From: Balanoglossus misakiensis
Lineage: Eukaryota; Animalia; Hemichordata
DNA: 64,000 bases
Reading direction: 5' to 3'
Assembly: GCA_040954595.2 (NCBI GenBank)
Contig: CM082576.2
Location: forward strand, 8,125,129 to 8,189,128
A model generated the notes under the pieces. It searched no databases. It saw nothing but the letters and a program-made list of their open reading frames with translations, and was not told the origin of the DNA. The position numbers were made by a program, and so were the translations under genes. Position 1 is the stretch's first letter, and each line of letters begins with the position of its first letter. Of this stretch, positions 13,122-30,276 are shown piece after piece.

Positions 13122-15529
13122 GACAACAGAAAGACATCATACCAAAGTCCCGAAAAAGACTGGATCACAGCTTATATTTTTGTTTTTATTTTTTTAAATT
13201 CTCTCAGTTGCAAAAACAATATTATGGTGCACGGCAAAATCAAGTGTTCTTCTAAATGGTAGTAACAAAATATTTACATACAAATATATTGGGGAAAATG
13301 GCAGTTTTGTGACTGTCACAATGTCAAAGTACACTTTACATATTTATGAAATGTGAAATGATTATGTGCTAACATTTCCACATATTTTGAAACTACAGCA
13401 TTAATCTTATGAATGTGAGGGATCAAACTCCAAATACATTTACACTCTTTCTCAAGGATAGATTTTTTCAGTAGTGTAGAAAGCTCAAAGGACGACCAAT
13501 TATGTCCCATTGAGGTCAAGGGTCAGGTTTAAGGTTAAAGGTAACAAGTCTCAGGGAAGTCTTGAACAAAATTTACTTTGCCACTATGTCATGATTGAAA
13601 TTGGTGTGGATGTGGATTTATGTGTAAATGGATATTGGAAATTTGCACATCATATGAGGCAGTCCTGAAAGTAAAAGGTTCATGTAACGGGAAATGCCAC
13701 TTTTTAAGTAAATAAATACTAGTATACAATCTTGCAGAACTTGATATACTAGTACTGTATCGAGGTTTTCTTATTTATTGAAGCTGTGTTACATCCATGC
13801 TGAATTTAAATTATAACAATTAATAGACTTCACTTACCCTTCTGCTGGTATATTCATTCGGCAATACTCCGCTATAAAAGTGTATTGTTTTAGGGAGCCC
13901 TTACGGTTATGTAGGGATGGGGGCGCTGTTCAAATCATGTTTGAACGTCTGTAAATTGGTTTTCTTCATTGATTGGCTCATGCATGGTGATAGTGGCATA
14001 TCACCACCCACATTGCTTAAAAAAATTGACAATGTCGACAGTCTGTGTATTGTGTAAATAGTATTGTTTACACTGACACACAAAGTACAATAGAACAAAC
14101 TGGAATAATTTCTGTATCAGCATACAGTATCAGTCCATGTTTGTCAACATTTCACCAACCTTTGGCTATACCAGCAGCCGGTGGTATTTAATACACACTT
14201 TTATTCATTTTGAACATTTACAGAAAGTTGCTCACAGACTCAATGCTATAGAAGATGCGCGGAGAGTCGACCGAAGATGGCGTCTCCTGAGCGATATCGG
14301 TCATAAATACGATGGTGCCCTGTTACATCATTTTGGCACAATGCCAGCAAAAAAAGTCTATGTCTTGTAAAATGATCTCCCTCAAATGTAATTTTCATTC
14401 ACGGGACACCAAATGAATTGCAAGATTTGTTCCAAACACGATCCCGTCTTTGCTCAGAGTGCAAGATTGCAAAAAAATGACTTCAAGCCGCGACAAGAGC
14501 TCTGCACCAAACACAAGTGTAGTAGGACTTTGAACATTTGCCAGTTGTACCAGGGGGTCTTTTGTTCCATTTTTTTTTTCTCCTTTCTCAGAACCATATT
14601 GGCTTATCCATTTCAGAAACTGTTCACCCGTGAATGATTCCAACACAAACATCCGTTCACCGATGTCAATTGTATTGATGCTGCGTGCATTATTTACCCA
14701 GGGTATTATCTCCCTTTCCGACCCAAAATTTACTTGTTGTGGGTCGCCTTTTCTGCGTCCCAATGAAAAGAGCACAAAGGAATATCAATAACTAGCATAC
14801 CAAAGAACAAAAGATACAAGATGATCCACAGGTCGGCATTATTCGTCCAGCATTCACCATTGTCTCGTTGGAACAAAGAAAAACATACTTCTGGATGCAC
14901 GATCTGTGAATAATTCAACAGGAGGCAAAAGATTGCAAATATTGAGTCACCGTGCCCGGGGCAAATATTCAGACATTTTAATTGGCAAAAGCCGATTATG
15001 CAAAAAAAAAAAAAGCCGGTAGAAATTTACGATAACAGAAGACGAGATTGTCTTCGTGGCAACGGCTGTCCACCATTATCGAAGACAATGTCCGTGTTTG
15101 GGCCGGGCTCAATGCCCGTGTAATCTGCCACCCAGAATTATTTCCATATCGGCTGCAGAAATATCAAGGGCTTGCGTGCGTTCATGTTGATGTCGAGAAT
15201 CGTCAGCTAAGAATAATGTTGACAAGGACAAGTATTGCATCTTCAAAACTTTTGTTTATTCAGCAAGCTAAAAAGGACCAAGGGTCACTTTCTTAGTGTT
15301 TAAGAATAGGTTATACACATCAGCAAAAAAAGTGTCACTGACTACAATATTGAAAAATGACAAACTCACACCGTCGCACGGATAAATATACAGTTGTGGG
15401 GGAGAGCTGTTGGTGCTAAAAATTACATAATGGGATTCACACAGCTGGTGTTCCCTTTGTACTGTCTTGCTTTTTTTATCATTCCTGAAGTACAGTCAAA
15501 TTTCCATGGAAGACATCGTGGCTCCATGG

Positions 15530-18500
15530 TCAGCTGAGTTTCCCACTTCCGACCGAGTTGCGCCTGAACTCCGGAATAAATCCCAGTACAAAACTCCTGC
15601 AAAAAATATTGAGAGGAACTTTCAGGAGGAGTGGGAATGCATTCTAAGGTTATATTCTCGATGGCCTTGTAAATGTAACTATGGTTTGGTTGAAATCCAT
15701 CTGTGGTATTTACACCCACCTTGCTCTCTCGGCCATTTCCATGCCACTCCATCTCGGACTGTACGGGTATCCCTTCTGTACGTAATGGTACGGTTTGTCA
15801 TAAGACGAGGTGTGGTACACTGACTGAAACGTCAACACCGGCTGCTCTCGTGGGAAATTCGGTGGCAAGTCGACTGAAAATAATTTTTAATAAAAAAAAT
15901 GTCACTGGCAGAGTAGGGACATGGTTCTGCAAAATGGGATTGGTGTGACACCATAACACCTTGAATATTTCATTTAAATACAGTACTGTCGTTTGATGGG
16001 CAGGGATGTCACACTTACCATGTAGGACAAAATAGAAATCATTCCACTCTTGTAGAACGGAAATCTTGGCAAAACTCTGGGCATCGTATTCTATGACTGA
16101 CCTGGAACACAGGGTTAAATGAGAAAGAGTGATATTTAAATAAATCCCATGCGCTCAAGAAAATTCATGTACAAAAGTTGAAGTTCATTTCTTTAGTTTT
16201 TCATCAGTTCCAATATTAGGAATTTCGAAATTGACCCATAGAGGGCGCAATGAACCTTTCACTCTTCTGGCACGACTTTTTGTAGTATTTGAATAATTGT
16301 GCCCACATTTTTCATTGGAGGACAATAAAATTCATACCCAGCAGTAATGATCACAATAAGTCATCATCTAGATAGAATGTAAAATAATTTCAGTTTTGAG
16401 TTCTAAATCCATACCAGCTGGTGTTGCTGTGTTCAACATATTTCAGCATTTACTGAAATTTGTACTTTTCTCAATTAAATACTAAGAAATGATGAGAAGC
16501 AAGTTTTATCTTGCGTTGATTCCTATACACTTGACAAAATTGTGTTGAATCTTTTGTGGTAGCATGGCTTAAAGGCTTTGCCTTTTTCCTTCGTTCTCTT
16601 ACCTGCCAAATAAACTGAGAAACGCTGAAATGTACTCTCGCCTCTTCTGATAACACTTGACCACATTCGCCACCTGAGTTGGGAAGGACATAAGGCAGTT
16701 AGGTAGATTTATTACCATACACACAATTTTCACGACTGCAGTATTAAGCCACTTTTTTTCTGTTGCACTGCTAGACTGGAGAACCAAGTACTGCCAAAAT
16801 CTTGTCTGCAAAACATCATTTACACGTGAAACATCTGATTACCTTGTGGGCTAACAGGTCTTTCACATGCGGTACATATTCTGACAACGTGTTATCTCTT
16901 GGAAACACGGGTATTCTCAGGTGAGATGCTCCACCGATGGCACTGAAAGAAAAGGACTGACATGTAAATGCCTGTCGAAGGTGCTTCTTGGTTGCTTTGA
17001 GTTATATTGGCTGTAATAACACACGACTCCTACTTACTGTTCCACTCTTGGCGAGAGGTAGAGTTGAGGCAGCACTTTGCTGGCTTCCACATTCTGAAAT
17101 GTGATCAGCAACACTGCAATGTCTTCCCCTGGGTCATCCTGAACAAAAAGATACAATAAACGAGTCAAAGTCACACTGACCTAGTCTACCGGTATCTGGA
17201 ATTTGTTTAATGCCATGGGAGAATGGGTAGCAAACTATGGAGGTCTTTTCATGGTAGAATAACATGTTGAAATACCTGTATGAGATATGGAGGTATGGCA
17301 GACAAGTCCACTGGCAGTCGGATAAGGAACGTGACAGGATTATCTGTTCCCTGTAACAACACAACAGATGCAGACAGGGGAAAGTAGATTGGATTTTTGA
17401 TTGAACAAGTTCTTCACTTTGATATTCGTCACCTGATTGACATGGGGGTGTGGTGATCACAAAAACTAAGATTTAATTTTAGTACCATGGGTTGATACAC
17501 TGTTGATTGCAATTCCTTTCCCCTATGAAATGGACAGTAGCTGTGTGCATATATCAAATCAACAGTGTGCTGCATAATACTTACTTTGGCTTTCCGCCTT
17601 CCTGCAAAGACTTCTATTTGCTCGTAGATATTCGTTTCTTTGAGTGCGTTGTATTCGTAGTAGAGTCTGGGCAAGTCTTCCAACAGCGCCTCTTGGTACT
17701 CTTTGTACCTGTCCACCAGTTCTTTCATGACATTGAGTAATGACCTTGTGTCATTGGGATCCCAGTCTACCAAACTCTGTAGTAAAGACAAAAGAAATGG
17801 TTAGGCTCCACTACAGATGGCGTTCTTCAGAAATTTGAGAGGTGAAATAAACAGTACAGTAAATACATGTACATGTACATGTATTACACAGTGGTATGAC
17901 AATGTGATTTGGTGGTATATTTTGGAGGAGTAGGGGTCACTCTCTGCATCACAGGGCAAGTGATGATCTAACATTACCTTGACTTCCTCAAGAACTGGAC
18001 AAAATCCTTTATCTTCCTGGTCAAATATGAAATCTGGCGGTTCTGATGGACTGTTACAATTGAAGATGACTTGCCCTGTGGTTGAAAAGATATAAAAACT
18101 TAGACAGTAGACAGACTTTCTATGATAAAAACAACCAAAATATTGGCAAAAGTGGGCGATATATGATTGGATCTGAATACTCAGTACAATTAGATGGCGT
18201 CAGTTTTAAACTATATAGAGACAAACACACTTTCAGATGCCGCTTTATACGGATGCATCATACGGCATTGCGGATACTCACACGTAACTGTGTTTCCAGC
18301 AAATGGTATCGTCACTTTGAAACGGTCACAGCATCTTGGTCTTTGAAATGTGATGAAGCATCTGAAGAAAAACGGAAGCAATAAGAAATCAAATGTGTTT
18401 TCTCCGGTATGCACCTTATACATATAAAAAAAGACAGTGTGAATCACGATTCCGATTCACACCCGGATATAACTATGGGCGTGAAAAATAAAACAGGTTT

Positions 18501-18650
18501 CCATAGAGTGATCGAGTGTACGTACCCCGATTTGATGTTCGAAATTTGCACAGCACCGCCAGAAACGCCAATATTACCGTCTCTCCGGAGAGTATCCACA
18601 TATTCTGCGATGAACGGCTCAAGGGTATCAAAGTCCTCGTCTCCGATCAT
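15530..18650 (-). CDS. BABAM2: BRISC and BRCA1-A complex member 2 (BRE/BRCC45), multi-exon
   Basis: Spliced minus-strand exons give [14 protein letters not shown]...IKSGC...[22 protein letters not shown]...PPDFIF...[18 protein letters not shown] and C-terminal [15 protein letters not shown]...[27 protein letters not shown]...*, collinear with human BRE. Stop codon at 15530-15532. Confidence 0.94.
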
Positions 18651-18820
18651 GCTGGAAAATCTCGTGAAACAACCCAGACATCAGACATCCGTATCCTTTC
18701 GTCGACTCAATCTGTGCATCATATTTCTCCTTTTCACTTCCGGATCGGTGTGAAAACGAAAACGAGGCAAGAGGTATTTCCCGAAACGAAAACGAGGCTG
18801 GCGGGGGACCACATTACAAC
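18651..18820. promoter_or_regulatory. Bidirectional promoter between BABAM2 and DDX28
   Basis: 170 bp between divergent ATGs. ETS-type CACTTCCGG at 18735-18743; 15-bp direct repeat AAACGAAAACGAGGC at 18754 and 18784; YY1-type AACATGGCG overlapping the DDX28 ATG. Confidence 0.7.
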
Positions 18821-23003
<4,183 letters not shown>

Positions 23004-23607
23004 CGGTTCTCTGATCTCTGTTAACCAGTTTAGCTCATGTGGCTTTATGGCTTCTGTATTATTTTGAGAATAAAATGTATTTGTTTCTAGTATAAAAGTA
23101 ATATTTGTTGTTCATGTGTATGCAAAATGTTCCCTCATTTGGGAAGAAGGGAAAATACAATTTTTGTAAAGGCATAATTTGAGTTTATTGAATTAAATGT
23201 GCAAGGAGTTTTGGCCTTGTAGTTCGGCTGTGAACGGCAGCGCCAACTAAGGAAAGACAAAAGTGAGACTGTAATGGGCGTGTGTTGGCGCTATATGGTA
23301 GAGTACCCTTTTGCTGCTTTTCGCTGAACCTCCCGAGCTGAACCAAATAGATGATTATGAAAGTTTTTTTTCCATTCTTATTTTTCTAAAAAGTATCCCC
23401 AATTATGAAATGGTCTGTCTTTCCGCGTCATCTATTTCAGCTGTCTCTTGAGACGTGTGAGAATCAGTTCAATATTGCGACGTAATCGCTATTACCCCTT
23501 TGCGGTAACAACCAATGCATATCCTGAAACAACAAGCACGTGTAGTTTGTACGCGTGTATTGCAGAGATGCAATAGCCCAATGATTGATCGTACGGTTGA
23601 TCTGTAA

Positions 23608-25378
23608 ATGGCACCGGGGCCTGTTCCCCTCTGCCGATTCCTGCGCAGCAGCAGAGTACAGACATTTCGCAGGTGTTTCGCAACTGTACAGCGATCACAG
23701 CTCAGCCTCAAAACATTGACGAACCGTTGCATCATCACTGCTGTCAGAGTAACACATGGAGGTAGGGGCTCAGCTCTACTCGTGAACGATAGTCCCAAAC
23801 CCGCTGCATTCGCAGACTTTTCGAGAAGGTTTTGTCAGAAGAGCATTGTGTCACAACTCGACAACATCGACGAGATGTTCAGTCCGCCAAGTGTCGCCGG
23901 TATGAAGACGTTCGACAGGGAATCCTTCCGGCGCGTGGTGAAGGTTCCCGCTCTGAAAGTCGAAAAAAGGTGTCTCTCAAAGCTAATGAAATCGAAAGAC
24001 TTTGACGCGATCGTCTTGAAGCGCAAACGATGCCACGTCAAAGTGATAAAAGACATACCCAATGTCGGTGCCGGGGAAGAGAAATTCTTGCTCCTCGACC
24101 CGGATAAGGTCAGTGACCCTGAGTCGCTCGGAGAAGGCATCCTGGAGTGCCTTCGGAAGAATAATATTGAGGAGAAGATATACGATTACGACTTGGAAAT
24201 CACGTACAAGGACTGGCCGGCGGACGAGATACTGAGAGCGGCGGTTCCATCTGACGTCGAGGTTATAAGTAGTTTCAGTAGACTAGGGCATATCGCACAC
24301 ATGAACCTGAAAGCAGAGCAAATGGAATACAAGAACATAATAGGTGAGTATGCCAAGCCGTGGGATGATACACCCTTTTCATAAGTCTAGCGCCCTCACA
24401 GTTTTGCAGAAGTTTTCTACCTGATAGGTTTTCCATCTGTTTCACAGAAGTCCATATTATCCTGAAGGCTAAATGGATTAACATGTCACGTTACTGCTGT
24501 CATGTGTTTCAGGTCAGGTGATATTGGACAAAAACCCAGGCATCAAGATGGTGGTCAACAAAGTCAACACCATCGACAACGAGTATCGTTTCTTTGAGAT
24601 GGAAGTGATGGCCGGAGAGGCGGAGACCATGGTGGTATCAGCCAAGGAGAATCACTGCACTTTTGAATTCGACTTCTCCAAAGTGTACTGGAACCCCAGA
24701 CTGTCGACCGAGCACGGCCGGATAGTCGGAGAACTCCAGAAGGGCGACGTCGTGTACGACGTCTTCGCCGGCGTGGGGCCGTTCGCCATTCCGGCTGCGA
24801 AGAAAGGATGCCACGTCCTGGCGAATGACCTGAACCCGGAGTCCCACAAGTGGCTGGAGAAGAACGCCAAGCGGAACAAGGTGCAGGACAGGGTGCGGTG
24901 TTTCAACCTGGACGGGAGGGACTTCATCAGGACCGCTGTGAAAAAGGACCTCGTGCAGAGGTGCCGGAAAGACTCGGAAAACAAAGACGCGACCTTCCAC
25001 GTTATCATGAACCTGCCGGCGCTGGCCATCGAATTCCTGGACGCGTTCCGGGGCCTCTTCAGCGACGTCTCGGACGAGGTCAGAGGTCAATTGAGGTTAC
25101 CCACGGTGCACTGCCATTGCTTTTCAAAAGCCGAGGATCCAGCCAGCGATGTGAGGGAGAGGGTCGAGACAGTCGTGGGATGTACGCTTCAAGATCCACA
25201 CGTCCACAACGTTAGGGATGTAGCGCCGAACAAGGAGATGCTGTGCGTCACCTTCAAAGTGCCTGAAGAAGTTGTTTTCAGCGAAAAGAGAAATGCTACT
25301 GAAGCTTCTCTTCCAGGAGTTTCAGATGAAACAGAAGATGAGCCACCTGCAAAGAAGCAATGTTTACAAGACCACTGA
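23608..25378 (+). CDS. TRMT5: tRNA (guanine(37)-N1)-methyltransferase Trm5, 2 coding exons
   Basis: Exons 23608-24343 and 24513-25378 (phase-1 GT-AG intron). Motifs SSFSRLGHIAHMNL, IGQVILDKNPGI, FDFSKVYWNPRLSTEH, SAM-binding DVFAGVGPFAIP, ANDLNPES, IMNLP, VRDVAPNKEMLC. Confidence 0.96.
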
Positions 25379-25885
25379 AAGAACATATTTAGGGCCAGAT
25401 TATTCTCAGTTGTCAATGGACATAGTATAGTTCGTGTGTCTGGAGAAAAGTCTCAGTCCTACACCACTTCAAGCAGCAGAGTATATTGTGATATGAATGT
25501 GATAGTGACTCATATTGCTTGGTGGCATTTAAGACATTCAGTATTGTGTAATTGTGTATCATGGAAGAATTATCCTTGATAAGGTTCCAATAAAGAAAGT
25601 TTGAAAATAGACCCAAAGATGTGCATTGTACTATCACTCATAAATGTTATTTTATATATTTTATCCATATTCAATCTATCATCTTTGCATCACTTTCAAA
25701 AATTATGCTGCAGTGCATGTTTTTTACACTTTTTTAAAATCAGGCCCAACCACATCATATGAAGTTAAGATTGCCAGTTTTTTCCACGCTTGTGAAACTT
25801 TTTTCGCTTTTATTGTCCTATACGGTGTTCAACATCAGCCCTGAAATGCAAAAAGTACGCACTGTTCTCGGTGAATAAAATTAGT

Positions 25886-26142
25886 GCGTCACGTCACGTC
25901 ACAAGTAGCACACGCCCTTCATGAAAAGATCGCCTCATATCATGTGATGTTTGATGTACTTGTCACGACTTTACATATTTGCTCACCCTCACTTTTTATT
26001 TGAGTCTGTTGCCACCACGCATGTGTACGTGTGGATAGGCGCAAATACAATACAGCTAAACCGTCACTCCCCCATTGTGCCAGAAACATGTGAGTGCATC
26101 ATGTGACACACCTTTCGTCGCTTGATCCCTGACCTTTGACCT
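25886..26142 (+). promoter_or_regulatory. NPC2 proximal promoter with CLEAR/M-box-like E-boxes and a DR1 nuclear-receptor element
   Basis: TCATGTGA at 25940, ACATGTGA at 26086, TCATGTGAC at 26099, GTCACGTCACGTCAC near 25888, TGACCTTTGACCT at 26130-26142. Confidence 0.55.
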
Positions 26143-26247
26143 GTTACTGCCAGAGTTATATTGTTCGAGAGACTAGTCGTTGGGCGGCCTGCGTCGGGTT
26201 AGTTCCGCTAAAATCTGTCATTATTCTGTGAATTACCCGAAATAATA

Positions 26248-28208
26248 ATGTCGAAAGCAATAGCGACGGTGGTTTTGCTTGTGGCGGTTGCCATGGCAGC
26301 AGGAAAGACCATCACCACCAAAGACTGTGGTAAGTTTTAACACTATGAATCAGAACATGGCGTGCCGTATTTGTGCACGTGAAAAAACCTTTGTAGTCAT
26401 GTAATGGCACAGTACTACTAGTATTCACCAGTGTACTTAGCCCTGCGTACCAAGCCTGTCACCGAGGTAGTGGTGAGGTGAAATAGGCCTATACTGCTTG
26501 AGTTGAGCGACAAGAAACGTACCATAGGCCAGTAGGTCTACACGATAGACACTAGTGTGGTTTACACTGACAATCTACCGAAATATCTCTTTTTGTGTTA
26601 CCATCACGGACGACTATGAACCCTATGGTAAACCATAGTCCCTCTATTAGCCTACATAGAGGGACTGTGTAAACAACACGGGTCATTTCAGGGAAGGTTC
26701 GGTGTACACGCAAGCACGGTTCGTTAATAAACTGTCTCACTTCCGTGAAAGATGTACATCATAATGACTGACACCGAAACAACCGTGCCGAAACCAAATG
26801 CACGCTAGTGGCTGATATGGTTTGTTCATGAATCTCCAGATAGCAGCGATATAGGCATAGGCCTATGATTGTTTCAGATAAAAGCTAGAGCGAAATATAA
26901 TGTGGGTCATCATCTGGACCCAATTTAGCCAGATCAACAGCGCTGTGCCCAACTGCTCGATCTTGTAGGAACCTATAACCAATAGGTTAACTAATTCGAT
27001 CAACGTACATCCCGTTTCTCTCTCTATTACGAAAGCGGAACATGTTCCACTCAATATGCAATGACCCTGGTGGTATCACAAGGTACACATGAGCCAATCG
27101 CTGATGTCCGCTACTAGCATCCCGGTGCCGTCCTGGTGCCATTTGTACCTATCACAATGAAAAATTAACGATCACATTCAAAGAATCTAATTTAACTGGA
27201 CTTTTTACGGCAGCCCAGGTTCTAATGTAAAAGGCTTTTTAGCCACGATATTTATGAGATACTTTTGACTGCGCGCTTACAACTAAAGATGACGTTGTTG
27301 TAAAGACGACGAGGAAGAGAACGGCGACGACGACTAACGACGACGATGATAATGATGATGATGGAGATGGAGATGTTGTACTGACGAAAATTATTCTTTT
27401 CTCCACAGCCTCTAGTCCACCTGGAAAGGGAGCTATTAAGAAGGTCGATGTGACCCCATGTGAGGCTGAACCTTGTCCTCTTCACAAAGGCAAAAATGTC
27501 ACGGTCAATGTCACCTTTGTAGCAGGTATGGCACGGAGAGACATGCTACCCGTTGTGTTTGAGAGACAAACCAATATTGTTTTGCCTTGGTTTTGACAGA
27601 GAAGGAATGAATCTAGATTGTTAGAATGTAATTCGTTACCGTATACTATTTATTGCCGTAATTATACGCTCCTTATTTGCATCGCATTATACATGTCATC
27701 ATATAGACACCTCAGATGCCGTAATGGTATGCATTGTATTCTCAGGTGAAAACGCCTCCGCGGCCAAATCGGTTGTCCACGGCATCATCGCTGACGTCCC
27801 CATTCCATTTCCGCTGCCGAACCCCGATGCCTGCAAATATGGCGGCTTGGCCTGTCCCCTGCAGAGCGGCAAGCAGTACGAATATTTTGCTGTTTTGTAT
27901 GTCGAACCGGTGTATCCACAGGTAGATAGCCAGTCACACATTTCACTGATCATTTGGAATGAACGTCGAAGTTGAAATGGGGGGGGGGGGGGGTGCCAAC
28001 ACTATTTTCGATTCAATGGTGTTATGTTTGTGTTAGCGTTATTTATATTTTCCAATAGCAGTCTTTATCTGAGATATCTTTCACAGTTGTGAAGCTGACT
28101 GGTTTTCTTTTTTTCTTCCAGTTGAAACTCGTCGTGAAATGGGAAGTACAAGATGAAAAAGGAGTTGATTTATTTTGCTTTGAAGCTCCTATTCAGATCG
28201 TTCCATAG
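26248..28208 (+). CDS. NPC2: NPC intracellular cholesterol transporter 2 (ML domain), 4 exons
   Basis: Exons 26248-26329, 27409-27525, 27746-27921, 28122-28208. Signal peptide, then KDC, VDVTPCEAEPCPLHKGKNVTVNVTF, VHGIIADVPIPFPLPNPDACK..LACPL, YPQLKLVVKWEVQD...FCFEAP; six conserved Cys. Confidence 0.95.
27305..27375. repeat. Compound (GAC)/(GAT) trinucleotide tract in NPC2 intron 1
   Basis: Degenerate GAC, GAT and GGAGAT repeats just upstream of exon 2. Confidence 0.75.
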
Positions 28209-30276
28209 TTGGGATGTCTGAGTCATCGCAAAACACCAATGAAATGCATACAATGGGGACTGAATCTGTCTATTACAAGAGGAAGAAGTTTAAGCACGTT
28301 CTTCACAAGGGGGCAAAGTCGCTCAATTTTAACATTATTTAGATTATTTTATTTTATTTCGGTGCTTACTGAAATATGCTTAATGACCGGTTGTGATAAC
28401 TCAGTCACACCATGTATGTGGACGAAACATGAAAATACCACTACAACACAATTTTTTGGTGTTGCCCGAAATACAACGATCGTAGTATTCATGTCCATGT
28501 ACGGGGCGCGAGTTTAATCGTGAGAGTCGGTCAGTGAACATGTTTTGGCAAACAGAACAACAATATGCACTAACCATTGGCAGAAAAATCTAAAAAAATC
28601 AGGCATTTAAAAATGAGCGATTTTCCCCTTTACTCACTAGTGCAGAAAAGAAACGGCGATGCTTGTTATCCACATCGTTTGTTGGACCCCTAATACTTAG
28701 ACCATGTAGTTTTCAAGAACAGACAGTCTAAATTTTATATTGGTGTCATGGTTGTTTAACCAGAAATTGGCAACTTTTAGCCTTGCAAAAGATTAATATC
28801 ACCTTAATTCAATTTCTAAAAGTCATCGGTATCTTAATCAAAACGGGGGCTTCGATCAAACCGAATATTTGCTCCATTGAGAGTACTTAAAATATCAACA
28901 TTTTAAAAATGTATCGTCATAAACATACTGTACCAATAATTTCACTCGGACTCGACAAGGTTGATCGCCCTTGCTTCCTTTCATAAATGTCGATATGCGA
29001 TCAACTAATCTGATGTCCAAAACGATGAGATCATGCAATAATTGCGACGCATCGCGCCGCATGAACATCCTTACTCCTGTACAACCGCGAAGTAAAAGTA
29101 AATTTCAGACTGAAAAGTAAATGGTGAATAAAAGTGACCGATTGTTGAAGTTGTAGATTGGTGTTGTGTGCGTGGTAAGATGTGCCAATGTTGTTTAGCA
29201 ATATATGGTGTGTTGAATGCTGTTCATTTGTGATTCTGGTGTGATGTCAGAGCCATGGTATTTATTACACAAACGACGTTGAACACAGAGATAAAGTACA
29301 GCCGCACCCATTCCAAATCTCGTGGGATATGTAGTTATGGTCGGGGGTTTCAATCTTAGTATTGCCGTTGGCCTTGGAAGAAGGTGTGTACCAAAGGTTC
29401 ACATGTTGGCGAGTCGTCCTTCCGATAAAACACATTCCGAAAAATGACGAAGACGTATTTTTTCACGTTTTGTGTTTGAACATGATTTTAACTTTAGTAA
29501 GTGCTGTGATATCTTCAAAACGAAAAGAATCAGTCGCAGGCGTAGCCTACATGTAGAGACCCTACTATAATAGTTCAGCTTTCCATGGCAACTTTTGACG
29601 AAGAATTTCGATAAGATTTCCGCAACAAAAGTGTACAAAACACAATTTCCTTGCTTCGTGAGTGTGCTAGTACAGGTTAGTCTCGTACCTTGATGACGTC
29701 GACATTTTATGAACCAATCATTAGAGAAGAAACGGGAAACTTTGAATAGTTTTAGGCTTTAGGCCAGCAGGCGAAATATCTGCTTTTATAGGGGTAGGCC
29801 TTCAAAACTAGTTATGCGCGATAATCCACATAACATTTGCATACAGATATTAGTGTCATACTTTATTAAACCCCGTTGGATGGAGGTGATGTTGGACATC
29901 GATGTGCTGCAGTTGTCATGCGCGTGAGAAACTAGTGCAGGCCTAAGCTATGGCCCTAGGCTATAATTGGTTTTGGAAATAAAACAAAGCAAAAAAGGCC
30001 AAACTTGGTAAAAACCAGTAGGGACTAGGGAACATATATTCTGTTTGTAGCTGATAGGGTCAACATCAGGTCAAGCTGAGAGCGACCGGGTCACAGTTAT
30101 TTTACGAAGGACATATGAGATTTGAACCTCTAAGTTAGGTGGACCTGCATTATTTCAAGGCCGGTAAGACAGCGTATACACACACACTGACTCTTAGCTC
30201 TGGGTACAAGCTTTCTCAATACGATCACTGTCGAGGCGATTTCGGCATAAAAACGAACAGAGCTGTATCGCAAACG

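Noticed and set aside
14218-14290. Possible extra last exon of BABAM2 or small ORF near a YY1-like AAGATGGCG
   Set aside because: BABAM2 already ends at 15530 with the conserved C-terminus. The acceptor is weak and the peptide is unrecognisable.
24638-25215. Long overlapping and antisense ORFs in TRMT5 (also seen over the DUF3504 exons and the GPCR)
   Set aside because: Shadow ORFs caused by high GC3 in the real coding frame.
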